Origin: the human T2T-CHM13v2.0 reference genome, Homo sapiens
Direction: 5' to 3' (one strand)
NCBI RefSeq assembly: GCF_009914755.1
Contig: NC_060930.1
Length of the DNA: 64,000 bases
The notes under the pieces were generated by a model. It did no database searches, had not been told where the DNA came from, and saw only the letters and a program-made list of their open reading frames with translations. A program made the position numbers and the translations under genes. This document shows positions 49,106-63,010 of the stretch, in pieces. How positions within the stretch are numbered: position 1 is the first letter of the stretch; the number at the start of each line of letters is the position of its first letter.

Positions 49106-49949
49106 ATGTGAAGTCAGAGAACACTATTTCTACACTCCTATTAACTCTTAACCAGTGTTACCTGATGAAAAAAAATAAACTGCATATACTACTGAAATAG
49201 CTAAATATCTTAACACTTCCAAAAGACCAGTGTAAAACACTTCTTTATTTATATGTTAAATGTTTCTGGTTTTCATTTTCTGAGTCAGTGCCAAGAACAA
49301 ATCATGCACACATCACATAGGACTATGAAATGAACCACAAATAAGACTTGCCAGACAGCAACTGGTTCAACTACGGACCAGCTTCACACATTACATCTTC
49401 AACATACACAGCAGCTGCACCATGAAGAACATGTGCCGACAGAAATCCTAAATAAATGAAGAATGATAACTTTCCTACTAGGATTAACTCGGGGAGATAG
49501 CTTGAGTTCCACAGTCTCAGTCTTTAATGGACTCAAAAAAAACTAGTAAATTATTTATATCATGAATGCCCAGGAATTTCATATAATTTTTTTTTAATAA
49601 ACTTGTTATTTAAAATTGGAAAAGTCAAAATTAAGGTGAATTCTGCAATATCACATTTCCCGCTTACGTGAATAGAAATATCTGAAGAACTCAAGCTTGA
49701 ATGTCTGATGAAAGGTTAGTGGGGTTTAAGAGTTGATTATCCTATACAGGATCTCTGAATTGCTCAAATGCAGTCTCCAAGATTGTGTAGACCACACATT
49801 AGCACCTTTAAAAACTCAGGATACAACTAATAGTGTATAATCACAGCATACAAGAAGGCACCTACAAAATGTAAGTAAAAGCCTATAGTTTATTTTTTAA
49901 AGTCTATAATAAATTTTTCCCACTGATTTCGCTAAGTAATATTACTCTA

Positions 49950-50150
49950 AACTCTGGCTTTGAAATTAGACAGATTTGAGCCTGGGTCCGGGTCTACAGA
50001 TATCTGTAGTCTCCAGGCAATTTATTATCTTCTTTGAGTAAGTTTCCTGTGTTATAATGGTGAACAAAAACACTTCATAGGGTTCTAAAAGGGTAAATGA
50101 AATCATCTACGTATCATAGCTAGCACACTGCTTGGATCACAGTCATAAAT
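49950..50150 (+). mobile_element. MIR SINE
   Basis: ggctttgaaattagacagatttgag...cttcatagggttctaaaagggtaaatgaaatca. Confidence 0.65.
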
Positions 50151-50867
50151 GGCAGATATTACTGCTATTTTTACTTATACTGTTAACATCTACTACTTTT
50201 ACTATTACTATTATTTACCATTAACTGCTACTACTAAGTGATCAAAGACGAGCATTGAAATCACTGGATATGAGAGTAGTAAGTAGAGTTCACTCATTTT
50301 CAACTACAGAAATAAAAGAATAAAAGTGATGACTATAAAAACACTGGATGTTGAATCATTCCTACTAAAATTTTCTCTATAAAGTACGTTATGGAGTTAA
50401 CATTAGCTCTGCATGCTTGCAGCATTCTTTATTAAAATACAGAGGGAACCTCTTCTTTCTTTAGCCATTATCCTTTGGGAAGCCTGACCAAAAGATTCTA
50501 GAACATAAGGACCACAAAACAGCTGCAAACAACATTGACTATCTTTTTGAGATTTAAAATAGCTGGTGTTTGGCAATTAGAAACAAGAGACTAAATTGTA
50601 CTAACAGCATATTTTTAAGCAAAAGTTATATTTATTAAGCTCACAGAATGTTGTGCATACTTAGACTTGTACCAAAGTGACCACCAGTGACATGTGAGGC
50701 AAGGTCTCTAACATCAATGAACTTATAACATATCTGACAACATAATATTATTATAGATGAAATAAAAGGAAACCATACAAAATAACACAGCTTCTACAAG
50801 CTGAAGATTAGCCAAGGATGAGTTCAGTGAAGACTGAAAGAGTTACCAAAAAAGTTCACTAAAGGAA

Positions 50868-51042
50868 ACCGGGGTGGTGATGCATGCCTGGAGTCCCAGC
50901 TACTCAGGAGTTTGAGGCAAGAGGAGGCTTAAGCCTCCTTTTAAGAGTTTGGAGCTGCATTGCACAATGATGGTCCCAGTGAATAGCCTCTGCACTCTAG
51001 CCTGGGTACCATAGTGAGACCTCCTTACACCCCAAAAAAAGA
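50868..51042 (+). mobile_element. FAM (fossil Alu monomer)
   Basis: Monomer with FAM-specific gtgaatagcc segment. TSD aaaaagtt(c/a)actaa. Confidence 0.8.
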
Positions 51043-51269
51043 AAAAGTTAACTAAGTGGTAAGAGATGTTATAACTAACCCCTGACAGGTAGCAGAGAAA
51101 AAGGCAAGACTTTCGAGGCAAGAGCTCCATCATAAACCAAGTCATGAGAAAAGGATCGAGCTTTACACATTTTCAGGAACAATGGATCACTGGTTTGCAA
51201 AGCACTTTGCAAAATAGCACAACCTAAAATTGCATACAAGTCAGCAAGCTGGTAACTTGAGAAAATCTC

Positions 51270-51835
51270 TGTAGGGAAAATTTGTCTACATCAAAATGCC
51301 AGGTGATTTGTGGATGGCAAAGACTGCAGACAGGAGAAGTTTGTGGGAGGCTGTGATAATCTACATATGAGGCAAAGAGGGTTTGGGCGGGGGTGATTGC
51401 AGAGGAGTAAAAAGGAAGAAGTAATCATAAGAAAGAGTCTGAAGGAAGATGGGCAGGTCATATTAACTCACTGGATATGGGGAAATGTAAGCCTCTGCTG
51501 AGTTAAAAAATAAAAATAAAGATTCCAAGGTTTTTAAGCCTGGATCCTTGAAAAGAATCATGAAGCCAAATAGAAACAGGGTCCAGGGATGTAGAGAATG
51601 GGACAAGAAGAGGAGAGTCGAATGAAAATTACACCAGACTGGTTGAGATATGGCATGTGTCTGTGGGGAACATTTAGGGATGGAGCTGTTGACTGGATAC
51701 GACCAGCCTTGATGTGTGTGGGAGCCATCAGAACAGAAGATATCTAGACAAAGGAAAATAAGTTGGTTGTGGAAATAAATGCTTATAACCAGGAGACATT
51801 AAAGTCACACAGGTCAGTGGTGAGGCAGAGAAGAT
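51270..51835 (-). mobile_element. L2 fragment
   Basis: gggaggctgtgataatctacatatgagg...ctggatatgggg...gattccaaggtttttaagcctgg. Confidence 0.55.
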
Positions 51836-51841
51836 GTCTTT

Positions 51842-52133
<292 letters not shown>

Positions 52134-52480
52134 GAATGTCTCAGAAAGTATCTCTTTGAAACAACAAGCTCCATCTGTTTTCTAAACTACATATATGACG
52201 AAAAGGGTAAGATATGATTTATGTAATAAATGTCTATAACATGCCTCTGTGTACCAAACGTGGTCCAGGGAATGGGGACAGAGAGAAGGCCAAGGAATTG
52301 GAAATGAGGATATTGGTCTCTGCTTCCTACCTACTCCAGAGTCACTGATGCTTGACCATGACAGCTCTCAGCCCCACTCAGTTCCAAAAAGAATCTAGAC
52401 CAATGCAATTAGTATCAGAATGACAGAATACAAAATCTGTCTTGCTATGGAAAAGCTAATAACTGATGCTTTGAAGTTGA

Positions 52481-53002
<522 letters not shown>

Positions 53003-53729
53003 TCAGTCATCTTTAATGACACTATTTTAAAGGAGACCTGAGGTTAGTAAAGTTATACAAATATTTCTCCTATTTCACATATATCTTAAAAAACATATTC
53101 GCTAACAATCTCAGAAATAATCTTCACTCTTTCAATGGAAAGCGCATCCTCAGCTTTAACTTTCTTATTGACAGCTGACCAGGGTAGCAGGTCTTCCCAC
53201 CTTGAGGGAGGTCCACAGACACTGGAATCAGTGAATTGCAATCCAGATAGCCCTCACAGAATTACATCTTTCTTCCAGCATGGTTTGATTTCTGTGTATA
53301 TCAGGGCTTACAGTCTTCTGCTCTTAGTAGCAACTGCTCTTTTTAAAATTCCATTCACTCTTTTTCAAAAATAAAATTGCAGCAGAAGTGCATGAAAAGA
53401 GATTCAAAAGAGCAAAAAACTTAAATAGTCCCAGAGTATCAAAAACCACATAAGAAAGAAAAATTCCTTCCCCATATTTAGTCAGGATTTAGCCTTGCAT
53501 TAAGTTTCATAATATTCCCTCAAGCTGCAAATCAGATTGCAAAATTCAAATTCCATTTATTTCATCAGCTGCTTATAGTATTATAATAGCAATGAATTTA
53601 GTTTCAGAAGACCAAAAAGTAATATATAAGAGCAATTATTTATAGTTGTGGTTTTGTCAGAAAAACATTAACTTATTCAGCAAATAGTTTTGTTTGATTT
53701 TCAGACCTAGTCTGGTTCAAAAGAAATCC

Positions 53730-54135
53730 AGTTCAATAAATACTTGGGCATTACTAGATACGTCAAGATGAATAAGGTTCCATGGCCCTAATTTCTAGGA
53801 GTTCTAACTAGTAGGTCTGTACAGAATCTTAACAAATCAGACACAAGGTTTGGCAGGAATTGAGAATAGAGGCAGAGAGGAATGATGGTGCAAGGAGAAT
53901 GAATTTTATCCTGTCTGGTTGAAGGAAGGGGTAGGCATTGAACTATTTTAAGCTGGAGCCTGATGCGATCCAATTTGCATTTTAGACAGATCACTATGGT
54001 GATGATGGGTTGGAAGGAGTCTGTTTGGGAAGCAGGGAAAATAAGGAGCTGCTGCATCAGTGGCAAAGCAAAGGAGAGGCTGCTTGGAGAGATACATGGT
54101 GAGTAGAACCTGGCTGGACATGGGTCAAAAGAAGA
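53730..54135 (-). mobile_element. L2 fragment
   Basis: ttcaataaatacttggg...tgatgcgatccaatttgcattttagacagatcactatgg. Confidence 0.65.
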
Positions 54136-54374
54136 GAGACAGAATCTATCTCCTCTGCAAGTTCTTTTATGCTGCCCATAATATTCCCAACACTGAAGGT
54201 CCTGCACACACGAGAGAGGAAAGCTTCTCTCTGTACAAGGTACCTCCTGTTTGCCCTTGATGTTCGAAGTCCTAATGGCAGCAGGTATTCATCAACATGA
54301 ACTGGGATGACCCAACCTTATATTCATGTGCATTCTTGTCGAATTTATATTCACTTTTCTTCACTAAGCCTTAT

Positions 54375-54520
54375 GTAATGGAAAAGATAAAAAACTAGAG
54401 AAGTCAGGCCATCCTGGGGTTTTAGTGCTGGCTTTTTTCATAATGAGAGGTGTGACCTTGGGCAAATCATTTACCTTCTCTGAATCTGACTTGGTTGGTA
54501 AAATGTAGGGATTATGCCAG
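54375..54520 (+). mobile_element. MIR SINE
   Basis: gtgtgaccttgggcaaatcatttaccttctctgaatct...gtaaaatgtagg. Confidence 0.75.
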
Positions 54521-54999
54521 CTATAAATAAAATTTCTTCCAGATATGTGTTATTATCTAGTCCAAACAATTCTGCTCATCTATAAACCAGTTATTGGTAT
54601 ATATAGAAAATACTGATTAATCCCCAAAGCAGTTCAGGTTCATCATATACCAGACGGCTTCTTGAAGAGGAAATTCCCTGGACCACATGACAGGTAATGA
54701 ATAAAAGAAAAAAACAACAAAAAAAATTCTTTAAATTAAAACAGAGACATAAAGAAAGCAAAACAATTCAATAAGATATGATTGCTGGAAAAGTGCTGAT
54801 CTTGAATTAGATATCTAAGTATATTGAGAAAATTATCCAGCGAGTTTAACTGTTGAGACTGAAAACTAAGGAGAGGCATGTACCTCTCCCGAACCAGTAA
54901 ATCTATTCCCTAGTTGCTGAGTTGAACGCCAATTCCTTCCAGCCATCTTGCAAATGGGTTCTTTTAGTAAACACTTGCCATTTTAAAAATTGTTTTGTT

Positions 55000-55505
55000 T
55001 TTGTTGAGTAGGGTTCTCTTCTGAGAACAGCATCCCCCACTCTCTTGGGGAGCTACCCCTTTACTCATCTAAAGTCATGATCTGAGGGCTGCTATCTTAC
55101 GATGTACCCTTCATTTTCTTGTTGCAATGATTTGATGGCTGTTGGGCTTCTGTCCTAACATCACCAATCAGTGTTCTTTTTTAGGATTTTTCCATTTGGA
55201 GCTGAGACATAGACTCCTTTCCTTTCTGATACTAAAGCTGGAAAGATACAGCCTCAAAGCTGTCAGTGGAAGAAGGTGTTCTGCTCAGAGAGAGAGAAAA
55301 AAAAAAGATGAGAGATAGAGATGGAAAGAAAAGGAACCTAGGCAGTGTTCAAACATCAGTGCCTGTTCGCTCCCGAGACTCCCAAAACTGCTCTGTTCCT
55401 TGCCTTGTAAAAATGTCTTTAACTCTTCCTTTGATCTTTATGCCTAGATTTTCTGCCAAAACTAGCTCAAGTTGGGTTTCTATAATTTGCAACAAAAAGT
55501 GTCCT
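55000..55505 (+). mobile_element. LTR16-like ERVL solo LTR
   Basis: cagcatcccccactc...ccaatcagtgttc...ggattttt...ctagctcaagttgggtttctataatttgcaac. Confidence 0.55.
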
Positions 55506-56559
55506 GAACGATATAGTGATTTTTACCATAAGGAAGAAAAGTGGAAAGAGGTAGTTCAAAGCTCACTTCATCATCACTACTGGAAAGATAATTTATGTGC
55601 CCAAATACTAGTGGCATGTCAATGATATCATCTTTAGGTATAGCAAAAAACTTATCCTCTGAGTTATAGTACTTGCAGAACCACACAAACATGAGAGTGG
55701 ACCTTGCCAGTAAAAAAGTACAGTTTATAAGCTTTTGTTTTTGTTGTTGCCATCAAAATGCAATAAGGTTTGAGTTATTTGCAGGAACTTTATGAACTCC
55801 CTTATTAAATGTTGATATTCAGTAAAACATGTGGAAAAAAAAGTCCATGTGGTATGCAAAGATGGATGTCTACATAGACTGTATCCTCACAGGACACTTT
55901 GAGAGACAGGTAGGAGAGAGGCATATATCTACCCATCACTGAAGGCCATCTGGACTATGTCAATGGAATGCAATCAGGCTAAACCGAGATGGCTATTCTA
56001 TCTGCTTTTAACTTGACTTTGAGAATGAAAGAAATTAAAATTATTTTGACCTACAGTAAAAATTAGGCTTTAGCAGCTGGAAGGAAAGGGTAGGAGAAAT
56101 AAAAATGAACATAACTACCAATCACTTTTCATGAGAGTCATTTACTGAACTTGAACAGCTGGGCTTTGAAAGCTCTGGGACATATTCAACAAGCTAGTGC
56201 TAAATTCATTGTGTTCTCACTTCGGCTGTATGGTAAACCAGCTTGACCTAAATCATCTTCACAGATTGTTTTATGTATCATCAGATCAAGTGTGTACATT
56301 GGGAGAAAGTGAGTTATCAAGAAGACAGGAAGGATAAAAGAAAAACTCTAAAGAAATGTGGAAGAGTGGATTCATGGACAAAGGATTTTAAAGCAGGGCT
56401 CTTAACATTTTTGTTCCGTAGACCCCTTTGGCAGCTTTATGAATCCTATGGGGCCCTTCCCTATCTCTATAAAGGGCATCATGATTTTTCCAGTTCTTCA
56501 TGTCAAACATTCAGAATTCCTTATTTCCCTAAACCACAAGCTCAAGTGTAAGCTGTTAA

Positions 56560-57290
56560 GTTCTGTTGGCCCTCCCCAGTGCTTTCACCCTAGTCAAACC
56601 CCCCTGACCTAGTTTACTGTAAAATCCTACTAACTATCCTGCATCTACTCTTTACCCACTTCCCTATACTCTAATCTATACATAGCAGGAAAAAGAAAAC
56701 TATTCTGTAAAATTCTAAATCATATTAGATCACTGCCTGCATAAAACACTTCAATGGCTTTATGGTTTAATTTAAATAAAATTGACACCATTGTCCTATG
56801 GCCTCCAAGATCCTATGTGATCTGAACCCTGAACCAGTGATACAATAATGATAGCTAACATTTATTGAGCACCTACAATATTCTATGCCCTGTTCTAATT
56901 GTTTATTTTCTTATCTTTCAACCATTTCATGAGTTTATAATTATTTATACGTGTTTTAATGATGCGGAAACTGAGACACAGCTAACTTAGATAATTTGTG
57001 CAATGACAAATAAATAATAAACACAGGTCTGCAGGTCTGTTATTTGAACCCAGAAACTATAGCTCCTAAGCCCACATTCAAACACTACACCGTTTCACTT
57101 CTCACCTCTTCCCGTTTCCTGCTTCCTGTGATCCCAGGTGACTATGTGACAAACACTCCTCTTTCTGTTCCTTGAATGTATTAAGCTAATTCCTGCTCTC
57201 AAGGACTTGTACCTGTTGTTTACTTCTCTGAAAATTCTTCCCCCAGATCCTCATATGGTGGATACCTTCTCATTTCTCAGGATGAGGCTT
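56560..57290 (+). mobile_element. L2 fragment interrupted by antisense MIR (56850-57090)
   Basis: aaaacacttcaatggctt...caagatcctatgtgatctg; MIR core atgatgcggaaactgagacacag. Confidence 0.6.
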
Positions 57291-57321
57291 ATTACAGGCA
57301 CTAGCAATTGCCTATCCCAAT

Positions 57322-57891
57322 TATTGGGGACAGGTTCTCAGAAAAATCAACACTGAAACAAAGGATCTCTCAGCAAGGCTAGTTTACTTTCTGCAGAAAG
57401 GGTGTCACTCACTAGCAATCTTGTCACAAGAGCACACACGAACAAAGGAGACAGGGTCATTTATAACGTGACGCATCCACCCTACTGCTGTGTCCGGTTT
57501 CCATTGGCTGGAACAAGACCTCACATTCTGTACTTGTCCTGATTGACTAGCAATGTAAAACTTCCTAAAAGAGGCAAAGGCAGAGGAGAACAAAGGAAAA
57601 GAGGAAGTAACTTGTGGAATGGTGAGAGAGTCAAAAACACTTCCAAATAAGGAAAGAGGAATAAGCTATGACCTAATGCTTGCTTGGACATGTTCAGGCA
57701 TGCTGGGACAAATATCTAGGCTAAAATGTGGGAGCTAAGAGCACGGAGTGTATTGATTTCTTAATTATGGCTAGCAGATATTTAAGAATATTAGCACAGA
57801 TCTTTGAGTAAATTTTGCTTCTAAGAGAGGTTACTATCTATTCTCAATAAGTTCCTTAGAAGAGGAATGAACCTCTACTTCATTTTGTACA
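57322..57891 (-). mobile_element. LTR10-family (HERV-I) solo LTR
   Basis: cactgaaacaaaggatctctcagcaagg...ctgcagaaagggtg...ctactgctgtgtcc..ccattggctgg matches LTR10; TSD ccaat at 57317-57321 and 57892-57896. Confidence 0.82.
57686..57705. promoter_or_regulatory. p53-family response element (predicted)
   Basis: GGACATGTTC AGGCATGCTG is a 19/20 match to two RRRCWWGYYY half-sites with zero spacer; further in-register half-site ATGCTTGCTT at 57676-57685. Confidence 0.72.
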
Positions 57892-58116
57892 CCAATCTAT
57901 CCCCTTTTGTGTACCTAATTTTTTAATTGTTTACCCTTCTCTGTTTGTTCTTGTACTTAGGAAAAGTGATGCAAACCCAAGCTCCAGTGACTGACTCTCA
58001 ATCAGGCTAACTAAAACTTAGACTCTGCACCAGTCATGGTAACATCATTCCCCATGCAAGTAATAGAATTTTGGCCAATATGGTATAATATGAAGTCTGC
58101 TGGGAACAAAGATTTC

Positions 58117-58479
58117 TGATATGGTTTGTCTGTGTCCCTACCCGAATTTCATCTTGAATTGTAGCTCCCATAATTCCACATGTTGTGGGAGGGACTCCGT
58201 GGGAGACAATTGAATCATGGGGATGGTTTCCTCCATACTGTTCTCATGGTAGAGAGTAAATCTCAAGATAGCTGATTGTTTTATAAGGGGAAACCCCTTT
58301 TGCTTGGCTCTTATTCTCTCTTTGCTTGATGCCATGGAAGACATGCTTTTCACCTTCCACCATGATTGTGAGGCCTCCCCAGCCACATGGAGCTCTGAAT
58401 CCATTAAACCTCTTTTTCTTTATAAATTACCCAGTCTCAGGTATGTCTTTATCAGCAGCATGAAAAACAGACTAATACA
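58117..58479 (+). mobile_element. THE1 (C/D-like) MaLR solo LTR, nested in an older MLT1-like remnant
   Basis: tgatatggtttgtctgtgtccc...aaacagactaataca; TSD atttc/atttt. Confidence 0.92.
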
Positions 58480-58701
58480 ATTTTTTTTGCTGATAAAAAA
58501 AGAGACCTGTGGAAGAAACTGTTTCTTTTTGCCAATGAACTTTGCCTAATGTGGATGAGGACAGAATGTCTAGAAGTGTCATTCCATCTTTTGAGCAAGG
58601 TTGCAGCCAGTCCACATGCTGAGATAGGCATGTAAGAACAAATATTTCCTTACACCTTTACCCTCTGAACTATTCCCAGAGCCCTTCTACCTTAAGACAT
58701 C

Positions 58702-58830
58702 TTTTGTTTTCTTAAGAAATGGGGTCTGTCTTTGTTGCCCAGACTGGCCTCAAACTCCTAGGCTCAAGCCATCCTCCCACCTCAGCCTCTAAAGTAGACG
58801 GGACTACAGGCACGCACCACCATGCCTGGC
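58702..58830 (-). mobile_element. FLAM (Alu monomer)
   Basis: ttgcccagactggcctcaaactcctaggctcaagccatcctcccacctcagcc. Confidence 0.8.
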
Positions 58831-58944
58831 TTAAGGCATTTTTTATGTAAGATAACAATTCCCCTATTATTTAAACTATTGTGTGTTCAGTTTTCTGTTA
58901 CATGCCACCGAAAACATTCTGGTGGAACCATAGCTAAACTGTTG

Positions 58945-59330
58945 CTTCTGCAGAGAGGCCTTCCCTGGCCATCTGATAAAAGGTATTTTCTTCTGCACTT
59001 TCTCTCTAGCAAATCCTCATGGTTTTCTTTTCATAGCACATATTCTGTCAAAGTATCATTTTAAAATTCATTTACCATTTACTTTCCTCACTGAAATGTA
59101 AACTCCCTTAGAAGAGGAATCTTGCCCATGTTGTCCATTGCTCGATCACCAGTGCCGAGAATACTGCCGCATTCCTCCACTTAAAATGTTAACCTTGGAA
59201 AATTCTCTCAATATCTCTGCATCCCAGTTGGACTGTAAAGATCAAGTTAGTTACTTTATGTAAAATGCCCTAGAAAGTGCCTGACACACAGTTGATGTTC
59301 AATCACAACAGCTTTTAATGTAACTGTTAT
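58945..59330 (+). mobile_element. L2 3' end / MIR fragments
   Basis: gaaatgtaaactccctta...; aaagtgcctgacacacagttgatgttcaat. Confidence 0.6.
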
Positions 59331-60775
59331 TCTAATGTAGTCACTCAATAAATATTTGTTAAATCAATAAAAATATGAAACAATGAATCTCTGAAATGTG
59401 ATGTGATTGCCCTCTACATTAGAACACGGTAAGGGAAGGATTTGTCTTATTCAAAAGAAACAGATTTTTTAAGTGGAGAAGCAGACTAGTGTTAAAGGTT
59501 AAAAAGATTAATGCTGCATAGACATCTCCATTTCCCAAAGGCAGAGCACACTAGAAAGCAGTAAGTAATAACATCACTGGCCATATGGCCCCACCACGAT
59601 GCAGGAATTAGTGGTGAACAAGACAGGCAAGGTTCCTGTTCTCATCAGCAGTGAGCCAAGATATCAACCAGCCATGAATAGACAAAAAGACTTATCTAGC
59701 TAAAAGCCAACTATGTAAAAGGTTCTTGAATATCATTAATGACAATTTAATCTCTAAAACGACAAGGAAATAGCCAGAGGAAACAACCACTTTGGACCTA
59801 GCTCTGACAACAAGGGGAACTTATTGATGAAGTGAAAGTAATGTGAAATCTAAAAGAAAGTGACCATGCTATCTTGAATTTTGACTTTTCCAAGGAAAAG
59901 AAAACTGGACATCACGAGTTGTACACCCTAGACTAGATGAATGTCTGCAAAATGTTTAGAGAAAAGATATGCATTATTCATGGCATGAGACTCCTAAGGA
60001 GATTATGACTCAAAAGTGTTATGATGTTCTCAAAAATACAATTTTGAGAGCAATTGCTAAATGATAAAATGAGGAGGAAAGGGGAAAGAAAACTAAACAA
60101 AAATGTAGCTTCAGATATTTTTTAAAGAAAAATACAATTGAAAAGTATTCATGTATTTTGTATTCATCATCTTGGTAATACAGTGCTAGGAACATAGCAA
60201 ATAGAAAGTATTGTTAAGTGAGTGAAGGAAAAAATGAATGATGAGGATGAAAATGGTAGGGCAAGTTAGATTCACGTCAGAGTCACTAGAGTCCCAAATG
60301 AGATGAGATTAGGAGGAGGGAGGATTAAAAATACCAAAATAACTTATGGAGCAAAAGAAGGCCTGTGACTTTGAATTAATGACATAATGGTGATATAAAG
60401 ATAATGGTGTTCAACCTCCAAAACCCCAGCTGAACATTATTAGGAAGAAATTGAACCCCAATGAGGGTAAAGACTATTGGACAGCACCTATAAGTTCTAA
60501 ATGAACTCATATCTCCTTATAATGATGAATTATAAACACAGTATAAAATAGTTTGCCATTGAGATCTCTGGGAACTAAGAGCAGCATTAGGAGACCAAAA
60601 ATGGATGAAACTGAATTCAAAAAGCTTCAGGGAGGTATATTTGTGATGGATTCCCAACAGCATTCCAAGTAGCTAATCACAAAGCAAACATAACCAAGTT
60701 TCTTCCTTTGATACTATTATTAATCTGGTAAATCATCTAGATTTATGCAAGAGAATTAACATTGTTTTTTATGAC

Positions 60776-61180
60776 TGATCTGGTGTGGGTATTTGTCCCC
60801 TCAAAATCTCATGTTAAACTGTAATTCCCAGTGTTGGAGGTGAGGCCTAGTGGGAGGTGTTTGCATCATGGGGGCGGACCCCTCTTGAATGGCTCAGCAC
60901 CATCCCCTTGGTGATGAGTGAGTTCATGTGAGATCTGGTTGTTTAAAAATGTGTGGCACCTCCCTCCCCCTTGCTCCAGCTCTCGCTATGTGACATGCCG
61001 GCTCCCTGTCACCTTCTGTCATGAGTAAGAGCTCCCCAAGTGCTCCCCAGAAGCCAAGCCATGGCTAGTACCATGCTTCCCATACAGTTTGCAGAACCAT
61101 GGGCCAATTAGAACTCTTTTCTTTATAGGTTACCCAACCTCAAGTATTTCTTTATAGCTACACAAGAACAGACTAATACA
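60776..61180 (+). mobile_element. MSTB-like MaLR solo LTR
   Basis: tgatctggtgtgggtatttgtcccctcaaaatctcatgtt...gaacagactaataca; TSD atgac/ataac. Confidence 0.88.
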
Positions 61181-61569
61181 ATAACCTTCTTTGAGACACT
61201 CTGGAATAATAAGGTTTGGATGCCAGTTTAATGTAGCAAATTAGTGATTGGCTACATTCAAAGGGTAGCTACTGGATTATGTCAACCTGGAGGAAATAGT
61301 TGAGTGGGGTGCCGCAGTGCTTTCTTCTTAGCTTTGTCATATTCAACGTTTTAAAATCAATCATTAAAAATGTTGAGGTTGTCATCATTACATTTTCCAA
61401 TGATAAATGGCTTGGTAGTATTGCAAAAATACTCTTTCACAGAATCGGATCCAAGGGGATGTTAGGAGCTTCGGTTAATGGGCTACATTTGACAAGAGTG
61501 AGTTGAATAAGGATAAATGGGTGATCCCTGAACTCAAGTCCAGAATATTAATGACACAAAAGCACGATA

Positions 61570-61952
61570 TAATAATGTATCTAACACCATTTTTTGATAT
61601 TTGACTACTGCCATACTTTAATCCTCACTCCTCATTCTTTCCCTTTTGCCCCACCTCTGGGAAAGCTTTTACAACAGCCTGGGTGTTTCCTTCTTTGGCT
61701 CCTGCAGGAGATACAAACCACACAAGCCCTTCCCCACACGTGGGTACCTTGACCCAGCTCCAACCTCCTTCCACAATATAAATATGGAGCCAGTATCCTT
61801 TCCTTGAGAAGCCCATCCTGATTTCTGAGACTTCTATTTTGTAAGTAATAAACCTTTTCATACCCTTGGTGTTGGAGTATAGCATTATCAGTCTTGACAT
61901 CCAAACTGAATTTTAGTGGGGGTCCATCAGCCTCTGCACAGTGGATATAACC
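61570..61952 (+). mobile_element. ERVL-type solo LTR (MER70-like; subfamily uncertain)
   Basis: gccccacctctgggaaagct...agtaataaaccttttcataccc...catccaaactgaattttagtggggg. Confidence 0.55.
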
Positions 61953-62169
61953 CGGAGGTGGAGGGATGGAGGAGGATGCAGGTTAGGAGTAGCACGCAGG
62001 AAAAAGACTCAGAGGGTAGGCTGGGAAAGTCAGAAACAGAAAGCTCAGTACAAGTCCACACTATGGTAGAGCTGCCAGAAGACTAAAGTGATCTTAAGGG
62101 GCTTTAGTCCAAGTGGACACGTAGGAGGAGAGGAAGCAGTCTGCCCAGTTCTGTGTGGGTCAACTACCT

Positions 62170-63010
62170 AGGAGCCCTCACGACTATCTTCTCTTCTCTT
62201 ACATAACTCTCTCCCTTTTGGTGATAACCTTCAAGCACCTCTATTTAAATCCCATCTCTGTGCGGATAATTCTCACAAGTTTATCTCCAACCCAGACCTC
62301 CACTCATGTGGCGATGGGCAGCTCGAACTTGATAGATCCAAAGCTGAACTCCTTATCATCCCCCATCAACCTGCTCCTCACTCCCTATACCCACTCTTCT
62401 CAGCTCAGTAAATGGTGACTCAGGCTGAAAGTCTTGCAGTTATCCTTGACACCACTTTTTTCCTTCACAACCCACTTCTGATTCACTAGCAAATCTTATC
62501 AGCTCTAGCTTCAAATTATATCCAGAATTCAACTGTTTCTCACAGATTCCACTGCTATGCCAGTCCACATGCCACCATCATGTCTTGCCTACATTGTTGT
62601 GGTAGTCTCCTAACTGGTCCTCCTGCTTCACTTTCTATCTAATCAACACCAGCACTAGCAACCGGAGTGTTTCTGCTAAAAGCAATATCAAGTCACTCCT
62701 CTGCTCCAAATGTTCCAACAGTTCCTCATTGCTCTCAGGTTCATAGCCAAAGTTCTTAATGATCTAACCCCACTGTGACTTCATCTCCTAATTCTGCTCT
62801 AGCTTTTCCTTTTCCACCACACTAGCCTCCTTACTATTTTGTTTTCATTTTCTTAACATACCAGCCTTGCCCCACCTCAAGGCCTTTGAACTTGCTCTTT
62901 CGTCTGCCTGGAACTCTCTTTCTCCAAATATCCACAAACTCATTCCTTCATGTTCCTAAGTCTTTACTTAAGACTTATCTCCTCAGTGAGGCATTCCTAG
63001 GTCACCTTAG
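62170..63010 (+). mobile_element. L2 fragment nested in L3
   Basis: tttatctccaacccagacctc...caaatcttatcagctctagcttcaaattatatccagaattc...ctctgctccaaatgttccaa. Confidence 0.8.

Noticed and set aside
58208-58218. DUX4 site in THE1
   Set aside because: Reads CAATTGAATCA; the first TAAT core is mutated relative to TAAYBBAATCA.
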